From an uncultured Slackia sp. (lineage in GTDB: Bacteria > Actinomycetota > Coriobacteriia > Coriobacteriales > Eggerthellaceae): DNA of 50,427 bases. The stretch spans positions 1-50,427 of the forward strand of contig CAUWMI010000019.1 in the NCBI GenBank assembly GCA_963559755.1, written 5' to 3'. The notes under the pieces are model-generated. The model had not been told where the DNA came from and searched no databases. It saw nothing but the letters and a program-made list of their open reading frames with translations. Within the stretch, counting starts at the first letter, position 1, and every line of letters begins with the position of its first letter. Positions 40,103 to 49,026 of this stretch are shown here, one piece after another. A program made the position numbers and the translations under genes.

Positions 40103-41140
40103 TTGAAGCGCCTTCAGACATATTTCGCCATTCTGACCGCCATCTTCGCGGTTGCGGGCGCCGTGGTGGCGCTCATGGCCATCGCGCTGTTCGAGGCGGG
40201 GAACCCGCTGGTCATCGCATGGGTTCTTTTGACCGGCGGCACGTTTGTGTTCATCATCTCGCTCATCATCGGACACTACATGGCCGAGCCCCTGGTGAAC
40301 CTTCATCGCAAGGCGCAGGCGGTGTTCGAGGGCGATGCCACGGTGGAAATCAAGCCCGAGGGCAAGCTGTATGAGGCCGACCTTCTTGCGGAGGATTTCG
40401 CCGCGCTCAGCGAGCAGAACAAAACCAAGATGTCCGATCTGGCCGTGCAGCAGAAGCGCCAGACCCAGTTCATCAGCGATGTAGCCCACGAACTGCGCAC
40501 GCCGCTCACCGCCATCCGCGGCAATGCCGAAACCATGATGGATCCCGATATGCCGCCCGCGCTGCGCGAACGCTTCTGCCACACCATCATCAGCGAATCC
40601 GAACGCCTCACGCGTATGGCGAACGACCTGCTCACGCTGCAGCACGTCGAGGAGGGCACCGACCAGACCAGCTGGCGGCGCGTGAAGCTGCACGACGTGG
40701 TGGCCGATGTGGCCGACGCGCTGGGGCCGCTCATCGAGGAGCGCGGCGGCACCCTCACCGTGACAGGCGAGGCGCCCGACGTGCTGGGCAACGCCGACCG
40801 CCTGCAGCAGGTGGTGTACAACCTGGTGGCCAACGCGTCGCGCTTCATCGGCGAAGGCGGGCACGTGATCATTCGGCTCGAAGGCCTGGCCGACCGATCG
40901 GTCATCAGCGTGCTCGACGATGGACCTGGCTTTGGCAATATCGATCCAAAACTGCTGTTCACGCGCTTCTTCCGCGGCGACAACTCGCGCGCCCGCAACA
41001 CGGGCGGAACCGGCCTGGGGCTCGCCATCGCCAAGAGCATCGTGGAGGCGCACGACGGCACTATCGAGGCACTCAACCGCGCTGAAGGCGGTGCCTGCTT
41101 CATCGTGACGCTCCCCAGCATCCACGAGCACATCCGCTGA
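40103..41140 (+). CDS. Sensor histidine kinase with two close TM helices and HAMP; true start may be ATG 39978 across a frameshift
   Basis: AHELRTPL, NLVANA, DDGPG and GGTGLGLAI motifs. Confidence 0.88.
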   Translation: MKRLQTYFAILTAIFAVAGAVVALMAIALFEAGNPLVIAWVLLTGGTFVFIISLIIGHYMAEPLVNLHRKAQAVFEGDATVEIKPEGKLYEADLLAEDFAALSEQNKTKMSDLAVQQKRQTQFISDVAHELRTPLTAIRGNAETMMDPDMPPALRERFCHTIISESERLTRMANDLLTLQHVEEGTDQTSWRRVKLHDVVADVADALGPLIEERGGTLTVTGEAPDVLGNADRLQQVVYNLVANASRFIGEGGHVIIRLEGLADRSVISVLDDGPGFGNIDPKLLFTRFFRGDNSRARNTGGTGLGLAIAKSIVEAHDGTIEALNRAEGGACFIVTLPSIHEHIR

Positions 41141-41212
41141 TACAAAGGGGAGCTCGATACGAGTCGGAGGAGTGCCCGCAAGCGCGAAAGCCACCTCCAA
41201 AGAGATGCCGTT

Positions 41213-41359
41213 TGCAAAAGATGGCGATATGCTGCAGTTTGCAAGCAGCACACAGAGTAGTCGTGATTTTTAGCCATCGTGTCCCCAGGTCACAAGACCG
41301 CCCAAAATCAGATACTTGCGATGAGCGGTAAAAACTGCAGCATATCGCCATCTTTTGCA
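41213..41359. repeat. 28-bp perfect inverted repeat around a 91-bp spacer (MITE/REP-like)
   Basis: TGCAAAAGATGGCGATATGCTGCAGTTT at 41213-41240 and its exact reverse complement at 41332-41359. Confidence 0.85.
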
Positions 41360-41549
41360 TCTGTCCCACATTTTCACGCGTTTGTCGCATGTTTGTCGTC
41401 TGCGCCAAATACTTGAAATCGTGCGATGGCACAAAACCCGCCCGCTCTCTACAATGGCGCTTTGATGGCGCAGTGTGCGCATCGGCATAACGGCGCAGTC
41501 GCGGACGTCACAAGCGTGAGTTGTGACTGCGAGAGTAGAGAGGGTTGCC

Positions 41550-42842
41550 ATGGGCGGGTCGGGTTATCGCGCGTTCTTCCATACTCAGCACGTTCCGCAG
41601 CTCGCGCTGTCCATGGTGCTCGCACGCCTACCCGTGGGCGTGGTGACCATTGTGCTGGTGCTGTTCGTGAGCACGCGCTACGGCGCCACCATCGCGGGCC
41701 TGTGTACCGCCGGATTCACCATCGGCATGGCGTGTTTGGCGCCCGTGTTCGGCAAGTTTGTGGACAAAGGGTACGGTCCCATCACGCTGCGCATCCTCGC
41801 CGTGGTCGAAATGGTGAGCGTGCTAGCGCTTGTTGCGCTGGTCCTTGCGCAGACGCATTTCATGTTGGCGGTAGTAGCGTCGTTCTGCTGCGGTGCGTTC
41901 ATGCCGCCCATCGCCGGCGTCACGCGATCGTTGTGGCCCAGCATGCTGGAGATGGAGATGATCGCCACCGCCTACAATTTCGAGGTGCTGGTCATCGACG
42001 TGCTTTACGTGACGGGCCCGTTGCTCGCCAGCGTATTCGTTGCGATCGGCGCGCCTGAGGCGGGGTTGATTGCCACCACGGCCGGGTCTCTCGTAGGCAC
42101 GTTTGTGCTCGCGTCGCTTGAGCCGGTCAAGAACCACGCGCAGCGCAACCGCGCCCGCCGCGAGCGGGCGACCGGGGCGCCTGAGGCCGGAGTGACCAGC
42201 AGCACCTCGGCACCCGCCGCACCAGCCAAGGTCCCGCTCCTCACGTTTGCCGTCATCCTGCTGCTTCTCGCCGCCCTCATGCGGCTCATGTTCAGCGGCT
42301 GGCTGGAAACCATCATCCCACTGTTCTACAGCGACACAGGTCAGGCGGCGCTGGGAAGCATCGCGATTTCGGCATGGTCAGTGGGATCGGTGCTGGGCGT
42401 GGTCCTGTTCCACCGCTTCCAGCCCAACCCGCGCACCATTGCACCCGTCAAGCAGATGGCGCTGTTCACCGGCGTGTTCATGGCAGTGTCGCTGCTGTCG
42501 GGCTTCGGCGTGAACGGGTTCGCCATCATGTGCGTGCTGATGGTGCTTGTGGGTGCCTCCGGCGCGCCGGTCGACAACCTCCACTACCAGCTGGCGAGCA
42601 CGCTGTCGCCGCAGGAACGCCAAGCCGAAATGTTCTCGTGGCTCAACACGGCATCCAACGTAGGCATCGCCGGCGGCGCGTTTTTCGCAGGGCTCTGCGC
42701 TGACTACGTGGATTACGGCATCGCGTTCTTCCTGCCCTCGGCGTGCCTGGCGCTTTCGTTCGCGTTCACGGCGGTGCTCATGGTGTCGCAAGGCGGCCGC
42801 AAGCCTAAAATGATTCGCAGGCGCGGTGCTTCGCGAGCGTAG
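41550..42842 (+). CDS. MFS transporter
   Basis: About 12 TM; GKFVDKGYG loop resembles MFS motif A. Confidence 0.85.
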   Translation: MGGSGYRAFFHTQHVPQLALSMVLARLPVGVVTIVLVLFVSTRYGATIAGLCTAGFTIGMACLAPVFGKFVDKGYGPITLRILAVVEMVSVLALVALVLAQTHFMLAVVASFCCGAFMPPIAGVTRSLWPSMLEMEMIATAYNFEVLVIDVLYVTGPLLASVFVAIGAPEAGLIATTAGSLVGTFVLASLEPVKNHAQRNRARRERATGAPEAGVTSSTSAPAAPAKVPLLTFAVILLLLAALMRLMFSGWLETIIPLFYSDTGQAALGSIAISAWSVGSVLGVVLFHRFQPNPRTIAPVKQMALFTGVFMAVSLLSGFGVNGFAIMCVLMVLVGASGAPVDNLHYQLASTLSPQERQAEMFSWLNTASNVGIAGGAFFAGLCADYVDYGIAFFLPSACLALSFAFTAVLMVSQGGRKPKMIRRRGASRA

Positions 42843-42947
42843 AAGGCATCGCAATTTTGCATGTGTAACGCTACGCCGCCGTGTCATAATTGGTCCCCAC
42901 ACGCGAAATGGCATACAGCAATCGACCCAGCAAAGGATCCCATCACC

Positions 42948-43490
42948 ATGGTTACCATCGAAAAACTCAAGGGAAGCTTCGCAAGCCGCGCAAGCAAGCT
43001 CTACCGCGCCTCGTTCGAGGAGTGGGAGCGCGTGCCCTTCTTCGCGCTGCGGGCGCGCTCCTCGGCAAAAGAGGTCGAAATGCTCGCCTTCTGCGAAGAC
43101 GGCGAGTTTTGCGGCTTTGCCTGCCTCACGCTGAACGACCAGGCGGCATACGTCCAGTATCTGGCCGTGGAGAAATCCATGCGCAGGCGCGGCCTGGGCG
43201 GACAGATCCTCGATGCGCTCGTGAGCCACTACGAAGGCAAGAGCATCGCACTCGATATTCGTGCGGTGCGCCCGGGCACCGACGGCGCCAAGCTGCGCGC
43301 GCAGCACCGCAAGCTGTACACGCAGCATGACTACAAGGCGTCGGGATACGGCTACAAGGACGGCGGCGTGGTGTATGAGATCCTCGTGCACGGCGAAAAG
43401 CTGGAGCGCATGGACTACATGAAGCTCATCAACAAGCTCGCCTTCGACCTGACGCAAATCAGCGTCCGCAAGACGGACGAATTGAAGTAG
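42948..43490 (+). CDS. GNAT-family N-acetyltransferase
   Basis: YLAVEKSMRRRGLGGQIL acetyl-CoA motif A. Confidence 0.85.
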   Translation: MVTIEKLKGSFASRASKLYRASFEEWERVPFFALRARSSAKEVEMLAFCEDGEFCGFACLTLNDQAAYVQYLAVEKSMRRRGLGGQILDALVSHYEGKSIALDIRAVRPGTDGAKLRAQHRKLYTQHDYKASGYGYKDGGVVYEILVHGEKLERMDYMKLINKLAFDLTQISVRKTDELK

Positions 43491-43505
43491 AACTCATATC
43501 CAAAT

Positions 43506-44261
43506 CTATCCCACGCGACGCCATTTGGTGAGACGGCGTTCGGCGATGTCGAAGATCTCGTACAGGATTACGCCCAGCACGGCCATGGCGATGATGCCGG
43601 CGAACATCTTGGGGTAAGCGAGCAGTGCCCATGCGTCAACGATGAAGTAGCCGAGACCGGTAGAGCCCGCCAGGCTTTCCGCGAAGAACAGGATAGCCAC
43701 CGCAGTGCCGCTGGAAATGCGCAGAGCCGTGAAGAGCTCCGGCAGCGTGGCGGGGATAATCACGTGGCGATACACATCCAGACGCCCAGCGCCCAGCGAG
43801 CGCATGGACATCACGGCCTGCTCGGGCACACTCTGCGCCGCATCGCGCACCGTGACCAGCACCTGGAAGAAGATGGTGATGGCGATGAGCGTGATCTTGG
43901 GCGCATCGGCCAGACCCATCAACACGATGAGCACCGGTAGCAGAACCACCTTGGGAAGCGGGTAGAGAAAATACAGAACCGGTGCGAACACGGCATCCAC
44001 CCGCGGCGATCGCCCGCAGGCAAGCCCCAGCGGGATGGCGAGCACCGTGCCGATGAACATGGCGACTACCACGCGATACAGGCTCACCAAAAACGCCGGC
44101 CACAAATCGCTCGCGTACTGCACTACCATGGGAAACGCCTCGGCGGGGCCGGGCAAAGCGGCGTTGTCCACGAGCATGGCAGTCACCTGCCAGCCCGCGA
44201 GAATGAACACGATGGCCAGCGCGTAGCCGATCAGCTTACGCGCGATTCCTTCTTTACGCAT
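43506..44261 (-). CDS. ABC transporter permease, SsuC/TauC/NitT type
   Basis: SLYRV, YPLPKVVLLP and RSLGA...IIPATLP EAA region; ATG 44261 after GGAGGAGG. Confidence 0.9.
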   Translation of the reverse strand: MRKEGIARKLIGYALAIVFILAGWQVTAMLVDNAALPGPAEAFPMVVQYASDLWPAFLVSLYRVVVAMFIGTVLAIPLGLACGRSPRVDAVFAPVLYFLYPLPKVVLLPVLIVLMGLADAPKITLIAITIFFQVLVTVRDAAQSVPEQAVMSMRSLGAGRLDVYRHVIIPATLPELFTALRISSGTAVAILFFAESLAGSTGLGYFIVDAWALLAYPKMFAGIIAMAVLGVILYEIFDIAERRLTKWRRVG

Positions 44262-45129
44262 GGCGCACCTCCTCCGAGGAAGCGGCTGGCGAGCCCAGGG
44301 CGTCAGAGGCGTCAGGGGCATTGGGGGCAACCGACGCATCGGCGCCCTTCCCCACCACACTCCCCCGCAGCACTTCACGCAGCTGACGGCAGCGTTCGAA
44401 AAACAGCGGGTCATCGCGCCAATCCTCGGCCTGCATCTCAGAGTTATACAGCGTGAACGCGATGCGCCCCGGACGCGGCGTCATCACCACCACGCGCTGA
44501 CCCAGAAACACCGCCTCCTCGATGGAGTGCGTGACCAGCACCTGTGCATATCCGCTCTCGCGCCATGTGCGCTTGAGCATGTTCTGCATCTCTTCGCGGA
44601 GCAGCGCGTCCAGCGCCGAAAGAGGCTCATCCATCAGCAGCAGGTCGATATCGCACGCGAGCGCACGAGCCATGGCCAGGCGCTGGCGCATGCCGCCCGA
44701 AAGCTCGGCAGGATACGCCTTGGCGAAATCGGAAAGCCCCACGCGCGCAAGAGCATCCGCCACGCGCTCGCGACGCTCACGCTTAGGCACGCGGCGAACT
44801 TGCAGGCCAAGGCCCGCATTTTGCTCGACCGTCTTCCACGGCATCAAGCCGAAATCCTGCAGAATGAGCCCCGTCTCGAGCCGCGGGCGCGTGACAATGC
44901 CGCCGTCCACAAAGGCAGCTCCCTGGGTGGGCTTGAGCAGCCCGCATGCAATCAGGAGGCTCGTGGATTTGCCGCAGCCGGAAGGGCCGAGAATCGCTAC
45001 CGACTCCCCAGGCGCAACCTGCAGGCTCAGCGGCCCCAACGCCTGCGTTTTGCCGCGCGCGCCATCATAGACCTGCGATACGCCTTCAAGCGAAAGCTTG
45101 GGAACGATGGGGATACCCACACTCGTCAT
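44254..45129 (-). CDS. ABC transporter ATPase, SsuB/TauB/NitT type
   Basis: [26 protein letters not shown] and VTHSIEEAVFL motifs. Confidence 0.92.
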   Translation of the reverse strand: MTSVGIPIVPKLSLEGVSQVYDGARGKTQALGPLSLQVAPGESVAILGPSGCGKSTSLLIACGLLKPTQGAAFVDGGIVTRPRLETGLILQDFGLMPWKTVEQNAGLGLQVRRVPKRERRERVADALARVGLSDFAKAYPAELSGGMRQRLAMARALACDIDLLLMDEPLSALDALLREEMQNMLKRTWRESGYAQVLVTHSIEEAVFLGQRVVVMTPRPGRIAFTLYNSEMQAEDWRDDPLFFERCRQLREVLRGSVVGKGADASVAPNAPDASDALGSPAASSEEVRHA

Positions 45130-45132
45130 GGC

Positions 45133-46647
45133 TTACGCCGCCTTGGGCGGATACTCGCCCGATGCCTTCTGATCGGCAATGCGGCGGTTGATCTTGCGCA
45201 TCTCCACGATGAGGAACACGAGCACGGTGAAAATCGCCAGGAAGTCCGAGGCCGGCACGGCGAAGTACACCGCGTCGAGCGAGTCGATCATCGGCAGGAT
45301 GTGCGGCAGCGTTTCAGGGAAGATCAGCGTCAGCGGAATCAGGAACAGAATCTGGCGCGTGAGCGACAGGATGATGCTCTTGGCAGGCTGACCCGTAGCC
45401 TGGAAGTAGTTGGAACCCACAATCTGGAAGCCGATGATGGGCAGAAAGATCAGGTTCACGCGCAGAGCGAACGCCGCAAGCGCCACCAGCTCCGCATCAC
45501 GGATGCCGAAGAAGTTGATGACCTGCGGGGCAAAGATCAGGATGAGCACCCACATGACCGTGCCCAGAATGGTGGCGCCGATGATGCCCACGCGCAGGGT
45601 GGTCTTCACGCGCTCCCACAGGCGCGCGCCGTAGTTGAAGCCCAGCAGCGGCTGCACGGCGATAGACACGCCAATCAGCGGCAGGATGGTGAACATGGCA
45701 ACGCGGCCCACAACGCCGATGGCGGCCAACGCGTTATCGGCACCGATGGGGTCCATAGCGCCATACTTCGCCAGCGCATAGTTGGTGACCACCATGGAAA
45801 CGGCGGAGCCAATCTGGATGGCAAACGAAGCGGTGCCCAGAGAGATGATGCTGCGGCACAGCTTGGCCTTGAGCGGCAGATACTTGCGACGCAGGCGAAT
45901 GGGCACGTTGGGGGTCTTGGTGAAGTACCAGATCACGGCGCAGCAGCTGATGAACATGCCGCACACCGTGGCCCACGCGCTGCCCGCCACGCCCATGCCC
46001 ATGCCCAGCACGAAGATGGCGTTGAACACGGTGCATCCCACGGCGCCGATGAGCATAGTCATGAACGCGCGGTTGGGTGCGCCCGCGGTACGGATGAAGT
46101 TGTTCAGGCCCATGCCCACGATCTGGAACACGCAGCCCAGGCTGATGATCTGGATGAACTCGCGCGCATACGGGCGCACGCTGTCAGTGGCGGAGGAAAG
46201 TGTCATGAGCGGCTCAATGAAGAACGGCACATGGGCGAGCACGGCCAAGGACAGCGACACGATAATGCCCAGCACGGCGGTGTTGCCCAGAATGTTCTCG
46301 GCCTCCTCGTGCTTGCCCTCGCCCAGACGCAGGGCGCACAGCGCGTTGCCGCCCGCGCCGATGAGCATGGACAGCGCCATGAACACCGTCATGATGGGGC
46401 CGGCAACGGTGACGGCAGTCAGGCCGATCTCTCCCGCGCCATGACCCAAGAACACGGAGTCAATCAGCTGATAGGCACCGTTGACCAACATGCCCAGGAT
46501 GGCGGGAATGGCAAACTCAATCACGAGCTTGGGGATGTTGCCCGTGCCCATGCGGGTCACGCGCTCGTTTTCCTTCTTGGGAGCGCCGTTGGGGGCACCA
46601 GCGGAAACGGGTGCTTCCTGGCTCTTTTTGGCGATGTCTGCGCTCAT
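45133..46647 (-). CDS. MATE family efflux transporter (MepA-like)
   Basis: FAIPAILGMLVNGAYQLIDSVFLG and QPLLGFNYGA motifs; about 12 TM. Confidence 0.92.
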   Translation of the reverse strand: MSADIAKKSQEAPVSAGAPNGAPKKENERVTRMGTGNIPKLVIEFAIPAILGMLVNGAYQLIDSVFLGHGAGEIGLTAVTVAGPIMTVFMALSMLIGAGGNALCALRLGEGKHEEAENILGNTAVLGIIVSLSLAVLAHVPFFIEPLMTLSSATDSVRPYAREFIQIISLGCVFQIVGMGLNNFIRTAGAPNRAFMTMLIGAVGCTVFNAIFVLGMGMGVAGSAWATVCGMFISCCAVIWYFTKTPNVPIRLRRKYLPLKAKLCRSIISLGTASFAIQIGSAVSMVVTNYALAKYGAMDPIGADNALAAIGVVGRVAMFTILPLIGVSIAVQPLLGFNYGARLWERVKTTLRVGIIGATILGTVMWVLILIFAPQVINFFGIRDAELVALAAFALRVNLIFLPIIGFQIVGSNYFQATGQPAKSIILSLTRQILFLIPLTLIFPETLPHILPMIDSLDAVYFAVPASDFLAIFTVLVFLIVEMRKINRRIADQKASGEYPPKAA

Positions 46648-46852
46648 GCTCTTGCTGCCTCTCTTGCCGAACGTGCTGAATGCGGAGCTGGTATGTAACG
46701 TTGAAAAGGCCGCGAGTGCGGCCTGATAGGTGTCGCTATGTTACGACTACGAAATTTGTATTGTAGAGAGGAACATCGCGAAGGGCAAACTTTTGGAGAG
46801 GGAACGAGGCGCAGGGGGCTTTGCTTCCATAAGTTCTCCAAGAGATATGACC

Positions 46853-47575
46853 CTACTCCAGCGACTCCAATTCGTGCGCAATGGACACGAGAAGCGCATC
46901 GAGCAGCGCATCGAGATACTCCCCACTCGGCGCGCCCAGGCGACCTTCGGCCAAATCGGCCAGATACGCCGGCACGTTACGCCCATCCGTTTCAACCGGA
47001 CGATCGGGATGGAACACGTTCACGCCGCATCCCACCACCACGCACCCATCGCGCGCCTCCAGCGAGATGCCGCAGATTTTGCCCGCATCGCACACCACAT
47101 CGTTGGGACGCTTGACATGTATGGAGTCGGCGGGGCGCGGCGACGCGGATTCAGCCGCCCGAGGCTCCTGGGTGCCCGTGATCTTGTGCAGCCCATTCGC
47201 CAAAGCGCTCGTCAAACCGGCCTTTTCCTCGGAAGCTGCCTGGGTCTTGTCCGCGGTGCCCACCTCGCCGGGGGCGGGCTCGATTTCATACGCATCAGGC
47301 TCGACGCCGCATTCCATACGCACCACACGGCACACGGCGGTGGCTATAGCGGGACTGATCCGAGGCCACTCACTCTGCGCAAGAGCCGGACGCAGCAAAA
47401 GCGAAAAGTACAGACCGCCCTCGGGGCTCACCCACACGCGGCCCCACTGCCCGCGCCCCTGGCGTTGGCTGCGCGTCACAACAACGGAGCCCTCGGCGGC
47501 ACCCTGGGAGGCAAGCTCCCACACGTCGTCATTCGTGGAAGCGGTCGTGTCTTTGCGTAGGATAGAAAAATGCAT
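46853..47575 (-). CDS. birA: Biotin--protein ligase catalytic domain, lacking HTH and apparently the C-terminal domain
   Basis: ATG 47575 overlaps the pdxK stop; STND, QRQGRGQWGRVWVSP, KRPNDV, KICGI and GCGVN motifs. Confidence 0.78.
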   Translation of the reverse strand: MHFSILRKDTTASTNDDVWELASQGAAEGSVVVTRSQRQGRGQWGRVWVSPEGGLYFSLLLRPALAQSEWPRISPAIATAVCRVVRMECGVEPDAYEIEPAPGEVGTADKTQAASEEKAGLTSALANGLHKITGTQEPRAAESASPRPADSIHVKRPNDVVCDAGKICGISLEARDGCVVVGCGVNVFHPDRPVETDGRNVPAYLADLAEGRLGAPSGEYLDALLDALLVSIAHELESLE

Positions 47576-48456
47576 TACAGAAGCCCCGTCACCTTGCCCA
47601 GCAGCAGCTCGAAGCTCACGCCGCGGTTCTTGAAATCGGGCTGTTTTGCCGACACGATCATCGCGTCGTGCGTCAAATCGCCCGCGAACGTCACGGCCTC
47701 GGCCAGCGAGCGGCCCGCCATCACAGCAGCCAAAAGCGCGCTCGCATAGAGATCGCCCGTGCCGTGCAGCATGTAAGGCAGGTACTCGTTCTTGGCCTCG
47801 AAGAAATCGCAATCGCGGCCGGCCACAAAGTTGCGAATCAGGCCGTCGCCGCGCTGGATGCCCTTGAGCACCACGTTCTTGGCACCCTTGTCCAAAAGCG
47901 CGCGCACAATGCGCTCGGCCTCGGCGTCGTCGATATCCACACCGCCCCACTCGTCGCCGATGGGCTCGCCCAGAATGATGGCGGCCTCGGTGAGGTTGGG
48001 GGTCAGGATGTCGGCATCGGCCGCAAGATCAGCCATGGCCTGGCACAACTCGGGCGTGTAGGTGGGGTACACCTTACCGTGGTCGGCCATCACGGGATCA
48101 ACCACGCGCAACGCATGGGGATAGGTCTCGTAAATGCCGCGGATGATATCCACCTGCTCAGGCGCCCCGAGGAAGCCCGAATACACGGCATCGATGTCCA
48201 CGCCGATGCCCTTCCAGGCGTTGAGGTAATCGGGCAGGATGTCAGTGGTGTCGTGCATATACCAGCCGGGGAACGCCGTGTGGCTGGAGAACAGGCCCGT
48301 GGGAACCGGGCACACGTCGCAACCCGCGGCGGAGAGCACGGGGATGGCCACGCCTAACGAGCATTTGCCGTAGCCGCACAGGTCATGGACGGCGGCGACG
48401 CGCGGGATGTAGTCGCCTTCGCGCTGATAGAGAACCGTTTCGGTAGCGTTTGCCAT
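47575..48456 (-). CDS. pdxK: Pyridoxal/pyridoxamine kinase
   Basis: HDLCGYGKCSL, YSGFLG, VDPVMAD, TPNLTEA and HGTGD motifs. Confidence 0.9.
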   Translation of the reverse strand: MANATETVLYQREGDYIPRVAAVHDLCGYGKCSLGVAIPVLSAAGCDVCPVPTGLFSSHTAFPGWYMHDTTDILPDYLNAWKGIGVDIDAVYSGFLGAPEQVDIIRGIYETYPHALRVVDPVMADHGKVYPTYTPELCQAMADLAADADILTPNLTEAAIILGEPIGDEWGGVDIDDAEAERIVRALLDKGAKNVVLKGIQRGDGLIRNFVAGRDCDFFEAKNEYLPYMLHGTGDLYASALLAAVMAGRSLAEAVTFAGDLTHDAMIVSAKQPDFKNRGVSFELLLGKVTGLL

Positions 48457-49026
48457 GATGCATGCTCCTTAACTCATGGACGCACTTGGGGATGCGCCGA
48501 TGGGCGGTTGACATCCGTCGCCGCCCGGCAGCATTTCCAAAGTACTACGAAGCCGGCCCTTCGACCGGCTTCTTGGTTAGTGCACCGCCCATATTACGCG
48601 GCAATTGCGCGACACGTGTTTCCTAAACGTGAACACACCTCAAAATCACGCAATGAGCATGTGTGGCGTCCACGAGGAGAGTGTCTGGTGGAGAATTGCC
48701 GCGGCTTCTCCAAAGAAGGTAGGTGTATACCTTTCTTTTAAGCACCTGCTCACCACCTATATTGCAGCTTTTCGAAAAAAACCGGGAGCTTCTTGCTTGA
48801 GACGACAGCGGCAGAGAGCTACCGCCGCCGTGCCGTACGCGGAACGGAAGGCCGTTGTCTGATTAGGCGTATAAGTCACCGAGCGTGACGAGCTTTACGG
48901 AACCGTCATCGTTGGCGAACTGGACTCGAAGCCGGCAATCGTAGTTTACGCCCCGTTTAGCGCGCCGGTACCGCATGATCTGCGTCACCCAGGTGCCGCC
49001 CACAACGTCCGCTTACCCTATTAAAA

